From: an uncultured archaeon | Lineage (GTDB): Archaea > Halobacteriota > Archaeoglobi > Archaeoglobales > Archaeoglobaceae | Assembly (NCBI GenBank): GCA_964471215.1 | Contig: CAYYFC010000001.1 | Span: forward strand, 1,615 to 65,614 | Length of the DNA: 64,000 nucleotides | Direction of reading: 5' to 3' | In this document: piece by piece, positions 57,152 through 64,000 of the stretch | How positions within the stretch are numbered: the first letter of the stretch is position 1 | How the letters are laid out: each line of letters opens with the position of its first letter | Made by a program: the position numbers and the translations under genes | Notes under the pieces: model-generated | Databases searched by the model: none | Told to the model about the DNA's origin: nothing | The model's input: only the letters and a program-made list of their open reading frames with translations

Positions 57152-57625
57152 TCAATCTTCCTCAGGTATTTCAATCTTACCCTCATTTATCTCCCTTATA
57201 ACCTCCTTGGGATGCTTACCATCAACGGTTATACCCATTGAGACACATGTCCCCAGAACCTCTTTTACAGCAGACTTCATCGAATAGCTAAGCATCTGTT
57301 TTTTCTTTACCCTCGCTATCTTTATTATTTGATCTAATGTTAGATTTCCGACGACTTCATACTTCGTCTTGCTCGCACCCTTTTCGATACCCAATTCCTT
57401 TTTTACCAAGGCAGAGACAGGTGGAACACCAACCTCTATTTCGAAACTCCTGTCTTCCTTTACTATTATCTTCACGGGAACAGGAAGCCCGTCGAAATCC
57501 TTTGTGGCTTTATTTATTTCATCTACAACCTGCTTGACGTTTAATCCGAGAGGTCCAATCGCAGGACCGAGCGGAGGTCCTGGAGTTGCCCTTCCACCAG
57601 TAACAAGCACCTTTACCACCTGCAT
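57152..57625 (-). CDS. rpl11: 50S ribosomal protein L11 (uL11)
   Basis: From the internal Met the protein reads [33 protein letters not shown], the classic L11 N-terminus. The ORF extends to 57691 but would then overlap spt5. Confidence 0.92.
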   Translation of the reverse strand: MQVVKVLVTGGRATPGPPLGPAIGPLGLNVKQVVDEINKATKDFDGLPVPVKIIVKEDRSFEIEVGVPPVSALVKKELGIEKGASKTKYEVVGNLTLDQIIKIARVKKKQMLSYSMKSAVKEVLGTCVSMGITVDGKHPKEVIREINEGKIEIPEED

Positions 57626-57626
57626 A

Positions 57627-58076
57627 CTATTCACCTCCCTTGTCAACGACCCTAACGTGATCAGCCTTGACAGTAATGGGTATAGGTACAACTGCCTCTA
57701 ATAATTCAACTGTAATTTCGTTCTTTGCCTCATCAACCCTCTTAACTATCGCAAGCTCACCCTTAAAAGGTCCTGATATTATTTCAACCTTATATCCCTC
57801 TTTAATCTGTTCCACAGCTTTTCTTGGAACTAGGAAATGTTCAACCTCGCTAAACCCTATTTCCCCTCTGATGACACCTCTTACATGTGGTACACCTCTT
57901 ACAGCCTTTAACAGGCTTTGAATATCCTTTGCCTCAACTATGACATAGCCTTTTAATTCTTTTGGAGCTAGGATTGAATAAACATCCAAATTGTATTTTC
58001 TCACTGCTAACTCCATGAGATTTGCTACTATCCTCTCTTGGTTTGCTGTTGTTTTTATTGCAAAGAATTTATTCAT
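57627..58076 (-). CDS. spt5: Transcription elongation factor Spt5 (NusG homolog)
   Basis: 149 aa. It has an NGN domain ([17 protein letters not shown]) plus a KOW motif ([14 protein letters not shown]), and sits between secE and rpl11 as in the conserved archaeal cluster. Confidence 0.9.
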   Translation of the reverse strand: MNKFFAIKTTANQERIVANLMELAVRKYNLDVYSILAPKELKGYVIVEAKDIQSLLKAVRGVPHVRGVIRGEIGFSEVEHFLVPRKAVEQIKEGYKVEIISGPFKGELAIVKRVDEAKNEITVELLEAVVPIPITVKADHVRVVDKGGE

Positions 58077-58261
58077 TTAAACACCCCCGGTAAAACTGTC
58101 ATTAAGAGGTAGATTACGAAGCCTATAAACCCGACTATGAACATGACTATGATCGATATCTTGGTGGTAGTCGTGAACTCATCCCTATCCGGCTTTCTTG
58201 CCATTTTCAAAACATTTACGTATTCTCTAATTTTCGATTGAATATCCATAAATGAGGGCAT
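58073..58261 (-). CDS. secE: Protein translocase subunit SecE (Sec61 gamma)
   Basis: 62 aa with a single C-terminal TM helix, KPDRDEFTTTTK preceding the TM helix, and the conserved position upstream of spt5. Confidence 0.8.
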   Translation of the reverse strand: MPSFMDIQSKIREYVNVLKMARKPDRDEFTTTTKISIIVMFIVGFIGFVIYLLMTVLPGVFK

Positions 58262-58282
58262 AATATTTGAGTATATAAGCTT

Positions 58283-59356
58283 TCAGTATTCCCTTAGCAT
58301 ATCGATGTATATGTCGAAGAAGAAGTAGGTATCATGAGGACCCGGAGATGCTTCGGGATGGTACTGAACAGTTATCAGCGGGAAATCTAGATGCTTTAAG
58401 CCTTCAACGGTATAATCATTTAGATTTATCTGAGTGACAACAAGACCCCTTGGTAAGGTTTTTTCATCCACCGCAAATCCGTGATTCTGGCTTGATATGA
58501 ATACCCTACCGGTTTCAAAATCTTTTACTGGCTGGTTCGCTCCTCTGTGTCCGAACTTAAGCTTGAACGTTTTTGCACCCAGCGCCAGTGCTGTAAGCTG
58601 ATGACCGAGGCATATTCCTGCCATTGGAACTTTTCCCACAAGTTCTCTTATGGTTTCAATCGTCGGTTTAACTCTAGCTGGATCTCCCGGACCATTTGAT
58701 ATAAAAACACCGTCGGGATCCATATCCAATATCTCTTTAGCCGAATAGTTAAATGGAACGAGAGTTACGTTAACACCCCTTTTTAGCAACTGTCTAACTA
58801 TACTCATCTTTACACCGCAGTCTATCAGCACAACCTCAAATCTCCCCTTAACATCAAATCTTTTAGGCTTTTTAACGCAGACCTTATCGACCAAATCCTT
58901 TTCGGTGATTGGTGTTATCCTTTTTGCTCTGTTAACTATCTCCTGTTCATCAAAATCTCCAACTGCCAGTATCGCGTTCATAGTACCGTAAATTCTTATC
59001 TTTTTTGTAAGCATCCTCGTATCAACACCCTCTATTCCGGGAACGTCGTATTCCTTTAACAGCTCATCAACCGTTAATTCACTCCTCCAGTTACTGGGCT
59101 CTCTACACAGTTCCCTCACAACGAAACCTTCGACCTTGACACCATCGCTCTCAAAATCTTCTCTGCAGACACCGTAATTTCCGATGAGGGGATATGTCAT
59201 CATCAAGATCTGGCCTGCATAGCTGGGATCAGTTAAGGCCTCGACATATCCAGTCATCGACGTATTGAAGACAAGTTCACCTTCCACTATCTTTTCAGAA
59301 CCAAATCCGATGCCTCTAACAATCGTTCCATCTTCTAGCACTAAGATCGCTTTCAT
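58283..59356 (-). CDS. carA: Carbamoyl-phosphate synthase small (glutaminase) subunit
   Basis: 357 aa with LVLEDGT, NTSMTGYVEALTDPSY, the GATase triad context GICLGHQL, and QYHPEASPGP. Confidence 0.92.
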   Translation of the reverse strand: MKAILVLEDGTIVRGIGFGSEKIVEGELVFNTSMTGYVEALTDPSYAGQILMMTYPLIGNYGVCREDFESDGVKVEGFVVRELCREPSNWRSELTVDELLKEYDVPGIEGVDTRMLTKKIRIYGTMNAILAVGDFDEQEIVNRAKRITPITEKDLVDKVCVKKPKRFDVKGRFEVVLIDCGVKMSIVRQLLKRGVNVTLVPFNYSAKEILDMDPDGVFISNGPGDPARVKPTIETIRELVGKVPMAGICLGHQLTALALGAKTFKLKFGHRGANQPVKDFETGRVFISSQNHGFAVDEKTLPRGLVVTQINLNDYTVEGLKHLDFPLITVQYHPEASPGPHDTYFFFDIYIDMLREY

Positions 59357-59510
59357 TCAACCACACTTTACATCTAGCTTTTTATCCTTTTTTATACTTT
59401 TCAGTGCATAGGTTAAAAATTGTTCAATCGATAGTCAATTAAATAAATAAGTGAATGCAAAAAAATATATATAGTTGTTAGTATAGTATATTATTATTGG
59501 AGGTGGTACT

Positions 59511-59879
59511 ATGGTAGAAGAACTGACAGAAAAAGATGAAAAAATAATAAATCTCCTGACTGAAGCTGGATTAAATAAAAATATAGCCAGAGTCATTGTA
59601 TATTTATCAAAAACTGAAGAGGCTATTTCAAGAGATATAGAAAGGTCTGCAAATTTAAGACAGCCTGAGGTCAGTCTTGCAATGAAAGAGTTAAAGGAAT
59701 TAGGATGGGTTAAGGAAAGAGAGCTGAAGAAAAAAGGAAAAGGCAGACCACTTAAAAGTTACAAGCTTACAATAGATTTAAAAGATATAGCAAAGCAATT
59801 AATTGAAAAGAAGAGAGAAGAAATAAGCAAAATTGAAAAAGACTTAGAAGAGTTGGAAAAACTTGTAGGATTAAAATAA
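59511..59879 (+). CDS. ArsR/TrmB-like winged-HTH transcriptional regulator with a coiled-coil tail
   Basis: 122 aa with ISRDIERSANLRQPEVSLAMKELKELGWV. An SD GGAGGTGG precedes the ATG. Confidence 0.65.
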   Translation: MVEELTEKDEKIINLLTEAGLNKNIARVIVYLSKTEEAISRDIERSANLRQPEVSLAMKELKELGWVKERELKKKGKGRPLKSYKLTIDLKDIAKQLIEKKREEISKIEKDLEELEKLVGLK

Positions 59880-59897
59880 TTAAATAAATTAATTTTT

Positions 59898-60713
59898 ATG
59901 AAATATTTTGGTATTATAGGATATCCCATCTCTCATTCCGCATCGCCAGTAATGCACAATTCCGCCTTCAAATACTTAAATATAGATGCAATATATCTAT
60001 CATTTGAAGTGAAACCAGAAGAATTAAGAAATGCAATTTTTGGATCGAAAGCTCTTGGATTTAAAGGTTTAAACGTGACAATACCATACAAAGAAAAAGT
60101 GGTCGAATATATAAAACCCGTTGGAATTGCGAAAAAGATCCGTGCTGTAAACACAATAGATCTCCAAGAATTTAAGGGATATAATACCGATGCCCATGGA
60201 GCTCTCAAGGCACTCGAGGAGGCTAAGGTCGACATTGAAGATAAAAACGTTCTTATAGTAGGTGCAGGTGGTTCGGCGAGAGCTATAGCATTTGCCTTGG
60301 CTGAAAGAGGTGCAACAATTGTTATTACGAACAGGACTGAATCAAGAGGTTTAAAATTGGCTGAGGATGTTAGATCTGTCGGAGATTGCATATTTTATCC
60401 TTATGATAGAATTACAGATTTAAAAGGGAAGATTGATATGGTCATAAACTGCACTCCACTCGGAATGAAAGGTTTTGAGCAAAAACTCCCAGTTCCCGAA
60501 TCATTAATTGAAAATATAATAGTATTTGATATAGTTTATAATCCAATCGAGACTCAACTAATAAAACTCGCGAAGAGGAGAGGTTGTAAGGTTGTTTACG
60601 GATTAGACATGCTCGTATACCAGGGTGCCGAAGCATTTAAGATATGGACAGGATTGGATCCCCCTGTAGATATCATGAGAAAAGCCGTTATCGATTTTCT
60701 GTCCCGTTATTAG
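59898..60713 (+). CDS. aroE: Shikimate 5-dehydrogenase
   Basis: 271 aa with GIIGYPISHSASPVMHN, GLNVTIPYK, NTD and VGAGGSARA. Confidence 0.9.
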   Translation: MKYFGIIGYPISHSASPVMHNSAFKYLNIDAIYLSFEVKPEELRNAIFGSKALGFKGLNVTIPYKEKVVEYIKPVGIAKKIRAVNTIDLQEFKGYNTDAHGALKALEEAKVDIEDKNVLIVGAGGSARAIAFALAERGATIVITNRTESRGLKLAEDVRSVGDCIFYPYDRITDLKGKIDMVINCTPLGMKGFEQKLPVPESLIENIIVFDIVYNPIETQLIKLAKRRGCKVVYGLDMLVYQGAEAFKIWTGLDPPVDIMRKAVIDFLSRY

Positions 60714-60762
60714 ATACAGATTTAACGATAGTGTTATAAGCAAATGTCTTTAGTATTTAAGC

Positions 60763-61170
60763 ATGGTCGAGTTCAAGGTTGTCATATCCGATCCAAAAAG
60801 CGGTAAGGCTTATCAAAAGACTATAAGCGGTGCTAATGCAAACAAGCTAATAGGAAAGCAGATAGGAGATGTCATAAATGGTACAATAGTTGACCTGCCA
60901 CCCGATTATGAATTGCAGATAACGGGTGGAAGCGACAAGGATGGATTTCCGATGAGACCTGATCTACCAGGAGCTGGAAGAAAGAGGTTGCTGCTATCCG
61001 GAGGTGTTGGATATAATCCAAAGGAAAAGGGTGTCAGAAGAAGAAAGACTGTGAGAGGAAGGGTTATTTCAAAGGACATAGTTCAGATAAACATGAAGGT
61101 CGTAAAACATGGCAGAATTCCTCTTGAGGAGTTCTTTAAGAAAAAAGAAGAATCGGAATCTAAGGAGTAA
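60763..61170 (+). CDS. rps6e: 30S ribosomal protein S6e (eS6)
   Basis: 135 aa with [14 protein letters not shown] and [15 protein letters not shown], typical of S6e. Confidence 0.9.
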   Translation: MVEFKVVISDPKSGKAYQKTISGANANKLIGKQIGDVINGTIVDLPPDYELQITGGSDKDGFPMRPDLPGAGRKRLLLSGGVGYNPKEKGVRRRKTVRGRVISKDIVQINMKVVKHGRIPLEEFFKKKEESESKE

Positions 61171-61171
61171 T

Positions 61172-61792
61172 ATGGCGATACTGGATGATAAGAAAAGGGC
61201 AAAGAAGTTTTATAAATATTTTTCAAAGGTATATGACTATATAAATCCAATATTTTATTCCAACGAAATGCGTAAGACTGTTGTTGACATGGCCAAGATA
61301 AAGCAAGGAGATATAGTTCTCGAGGTTGGATGCGGAACAGGTTATACAACATACGAAATTGTAAAGAGAACAGATGAAGATAACGTGATTGCAATCGACA
61401 TCACGTATGAACAGATGAAAAAGGCTATCGAGAGATTTCCATCGGTGAAATTCATCATGGCCGATGCTGAAAACCTGCCGTTCAAAGATAATGTTTTTGA
61501 TGCATCGATATCGGCAGGGTGTATAGAGTACTGGCCAAACCCTGTATTGGGGATTAAGGAAATGGCTAGGGTTACAAAGCCAGGTGGAAGGGTTGTCGTA
61601 CTTGCACCCAGAAAGCCAAATAATCCAATCGTTAGAAAATTTGCCGAGTCGATAATGCTCTTTCCGTCGACTCAGCAATGCGTTGCATGGTTCTTAAAAG
61701 CGGGGCTGGACGATATAAGATATGTCGAAACTGGGCCATATAGATTCTGGAGCAAGCTCGTTGTAATAATATCGGGAAAGGTTCCAGATTAG
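61172..61792 (+). CDS. Class I SAM-dependent methyltransferase (UbiE/MenG-like)
   Basis: It has SAM motif I VLEVGCGTGY and a post-I acidic residue, plus FDASISAGCIEYWPNP. The start is set at the ATG 1 nt after the rps6e stop. A menaquinone methyltransferase role is plausible but unproven. Confidence 0.7.
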   Translation: MAILDDKKRAKKFYKYFSKVYDYINPIFYSNEMRKTVVDMAKIKQGDIVLEVGCGTGYTTYEIVKRTDEDNVIAIDITYEQMKKAIERFPSVKFIMADAENLPFKDNVFDASISAGCIEYWPNPVLGIKEMARVTKPGGRVVVLAPRKPNNPIVRKFAESIMLFPSTQQCVAWFLKAGLDDIRYVETGPYRFWSKLVVIISGKVPD

Positions 61793-61804
61793 ATTTTTTA
61801 AAAT

Positions 61805-63067
61805 TTAAACCTTTCTTGGATCTGTAATTTCACCGTATATCGCCGATGCTGCTGCAGTAGCAGGTGAACACAGGTATATCTGACCTTCTGGACTGCCTTG
61901 TCTTCCTATAAAGTTCCTGTTTGAGGTCGATAGACTTACCTCTCCACTCGCTATTAGACCCATACAGCTACCCATGCAGGGTCCACAGCAAGGGAATTCT
62001 ACAATAGCTCCAGCCTCAACTAGTTTTTCGATTACACCTTGTCTCAAAGCCTTTATGTATTCCCTTCTAGATGCAGGTATTACTATCAACCTCACATTTC
62101 TAGCAATTCTTTCACCGTCCAGTATCTCTGCGCATATCTTCAAATCTTCAAACCTCCCATTTGTGCACGATCCAATGAAAATCTGGTCAACCCTTATACC
62201 CTCAACTTCCTCCACATCAACAACGTTATCAACCCTGTGCGGCTTTGCAACCTGAGGAGACATTCCGGTAACGTTCAGTTCAATTACCCTTTCGAATTGA
62301 GCGTTTTCGTCACTTTTCAAATCCTCTACATCATCTTTATCGATTTCCATGCCTATCTCTTTTAAATATCTTATAGTGACTGCATCTGGCTCAATTATCC
62401 CCGTTTTTGCTCCCATCTCAACGGCCATGTTACATATCGTTAACCTCTGATCAATACCGAGATTTTTTATGACCTCTCCACAGAATTCACATGTCTTGTA
62501 ATTCGCCCCATGCGCAGAAACGATACCTATAAGTTTTAAAATTATATCCTTGCCGTAAACCATCTTTCCCAGCTTACCATCGATTACAAACTTTATCGTG
62601 TCTGGAACTCTAAACCACAACTTTCCTAGGGCAAATACGCATCCTATATCCGTTGAACCCACACCAGTTGCAAACGCACCCAATGCACCATAGGTACACG
62701 TATGACTGTCTGCACCCACGACGAGCATTCCGGGTTTTATGTACCTTTCCACCATGATTTGATGTGCTATCCCCTCTCCAACATCATAAAATATAATGCC
62801 TTGTTCTCTTGCAAATTCTCTAAGCATCTTATGATTTTCGGCCGCTTTCACACTGTCCGCTGGTGACTGATGGTCTAGAACGATTACGATCTTGCCGGGA
62901 TCCCATACACTCCCATCACCCACTATTTCCCTAAACGTTTTTACAGCAAGGGGTGCGGTTATATCGTTTGCCATTGCAAGGTCTACGGGTGCAAGAACAA
63001 ACTCTCCTGCTCTGACATCTCTCCTACATGCCCTTGAAAATATCTTTTCTGTTATCGTTTTTTCCAT
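61805..63067 (-). CDS. leuC: Aconitase-family dehydratase large subunit (3-isopropylmalate / homoaconitate dehydratase)
   Basis: 420 aa with [29 protein letters not shown] and IGSCTNGR, the aconitase-family cluster ligand motifs. Confidence 0.88.
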   Translation of the reverse strand: MEKTITEKIFSRACRRDVRAGEFVLAPVDLAMANDITAPLAVKTFREIVGDGSVWDPGKIVIVLDHQSPADSVKAAENHKMLREFAREQGIIFYDVGEGIAHQIMVERYIKPGMLVVGADSHTCTYGALGAFATGVGSTDIGCVFALGKLWFRVPDTIKFVIDGKLGKMVYGKDIILKLIGIVSAHGANYKTCEFCGEVIKNLGIDQRLTICNMAVEMGAKTGIIEPDAVTIRYLKEIGMEIDKDDVEDLKSDENAQFERVIELNVTGMSPQVAKPHRVDNVVDVEEVEGIRVDQIFIGSCTNGRFEDLKICAEILDGERIARNVRLIVIPASRREYIKALRQGVIEKLVEAGAIVEFPCCGPCMGSCMGLIASGEVSLSTSNRNFIGRQGSPEGQIYLCSPATAAASAIYGEITDPRKV

Positions 63068-63369
63068 GCAAGAAGTTTGATATCATTTATTTAAACTTTA
63101 ATCGATGAATGGACACCGCAGGACATCATAGTACTTTAACCGTATTAGAAGTCGTAATGCCAAGACTTAACATTACGACTATCGGGATTGGAGCTGTTAC
63201 AAGTGTTTTCGCGGATCAAAAAGTGAGTTCCGCATTTTGAGACACTTCACGTTAACATTTCCGGCTGTTTAAAAGTCGGTAGGGGCATAAACATTATACT
63301 GTAGCTTTCTGCATCTTTTTATACCATTCTGCTCTGGGCGTTATGTTTATAGTAGGTTAATTGATATGA

Positions 63370-63710
63370 TGTATGCGGGTGATAAGAGCAATGTTTCAAG
63401 CCCGCTAGGCATACTCTAGATCTGACCTCCCCCTGCCTTAAGGGGCGGAGGTTCCCCATAGGGGAACATGCTCGCATCTGCCTCACGGCAGGTCATTGCC
63501 TTCGGTTTGTGTCATCAGGTTATGTCAAAGCAAACCTCTACAACATTTTCAATATAATTATGACACGAACATATCTCCTATCCCCCTAATTCATCTCCGC
63601 CCCAAAGCTTCCTTAGCGACGGTTGTGAGCCTTGTGCCGCTGGGTTCGAACGCCACCCATGACCCTATGGGATGAGCCGTAAGGCAACTCTCTAGGCGAG
63701 GTGATCCTAT
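63370..63710. other. Locally GC-rich, hairpin-dense non-coding island (candidate structured RNA or RNAs, or a decayed element); strand and class undetermined
   Basis: No ORF of 60 aa or more occurs between 63081 and 64000. Several stems stand out against AT-rich flanks. These include GCGGG/CCCGC (63375-63405), ACCTCC/GGAGGT (63425-63452) and TTCCCC-ATA-GGGGAA (63452-63466). Also present are CTGCC-TCAC-GGCAG (63478-63491), GCC-GTAA-GGC (63676-63685), and the 9-nt long-range complement GGGGCGGAG (63442-63450) / CTCCGCCCC (63595-63603). Confidence 0.3.
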
Positions 63711-64000
63711 GAACAGTATCATGTAATATAGAGTGATACTGTTTGAGGAAATGAAGCATGGGAATTAGCGTCTATAAAGCTTATAAATCATTTGGTTGAG
63801 AAAATCATAACTCGAAGCTGATGAAGAGGGAGGCTGATGAGTTAAAAGCTGAAGTTACCGAACAGGGTGCCGAGCAACGTACTGAAATAGAAGAGAAGTG
63901 AAAAGTGATCTCGCTAGGTGCTTTCAGCTTTACCATGGGAGATGAATGTTTAGATTAGATTGGTATGAATTTCCTCCTAAACTAGATCCCATCATAAACT

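Noticed and set aside
63452-63472. Similarity of CCATAGGGGAACATGC to the 16S rRNA helix-45 region (CCGTAGGGGAACCTGC) and of GAGGTGATCC (63698-63707) to the 16S 3' end, suggesting an rRNA fragment
   Set aside because: The two similarities are on opposite strands, are short, and are not colinear with 16S. There is no flanking rRNA-like sequence. I therefore treat this as coincidental hairpin similarity plus an SD-like element.
63817-63853. Box C/D-like string TGATGA-9 nt-CTGATGA-8 nt-CTGA
   Set aside because: The guide spacers are too short (9 and 8 nt, against about 12 nt in archaeal C/D sRNAs). D' and C' overlap, and there is no terminal stem. The sequence can also be read as a 26-codon ORF and is probably fortuitous.

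Overview
The window is a gene-dense archaeal chromosome segment: roughly 40% GC by eye, TATA-type promoters, a C/D-box intron in a tRNA, and archaeal-type ThrRS, GltX, Hjc, Spt5, SecE, L11 and S6e. Gene content points to a hyperthermophilic sulfate-reducing euryarchaeon of the Archaeoglobus type. It carries a complete dissimilatory sulfate-activation and electron-transfer set, sat-orf-aprBA plus qmoABC, at 23.1-34.2 kb. It also carries mannosylglycerate synthesis genes (mpgS-mpgP) flanked by a DUF401-like membrane protein and a GH38 mannosidase, and the early tetrapyrrole/siroheme genes hemL-hemC-cobA. Other clusters are a molybdenum/tungsten-cofactor maturation operon (fdhD-mobA-moaA-FeS protein-TorD-like), riboflavin genes (rbkR-like fusion plus ribB), arginine genes (argB, argD, carA), two large radical SAM enzymes, DNA ligase, and tRNA-Leu, tRNA-Pro and tRNA-Trp. 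I saw no CRISPR array, transposase, integrase or recognisable defence operon. The most interesting signal is non-coding. Two diverged copies (about 21.7 kb and 52.3 kb) of a ~240-bp ORF-less element each carry a TATA-like box followed by a ~155-165-nt RNA-like region with conserved single-stranded blocks, fully compensatory stem changes, a K-loop-like hairpin and a possible pseudoknot. One copy lies upstream of an intact KaiC/RecA-like ATPase gene. The other sits exactly inside, and antisense to, a decayed paralogous KaiC-like pseudogene. This suggests either a novel structured sRNA family or a small non-autonomous mobile RNA-bearing element. A second unexplained region is the last ~0.9 kb of the window, which has no ORF of 60 aa or more and contains a locally GC-rich, hairpin-dense island. 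All calls come from reading the sequence and the ORF translations; no database search was possible.
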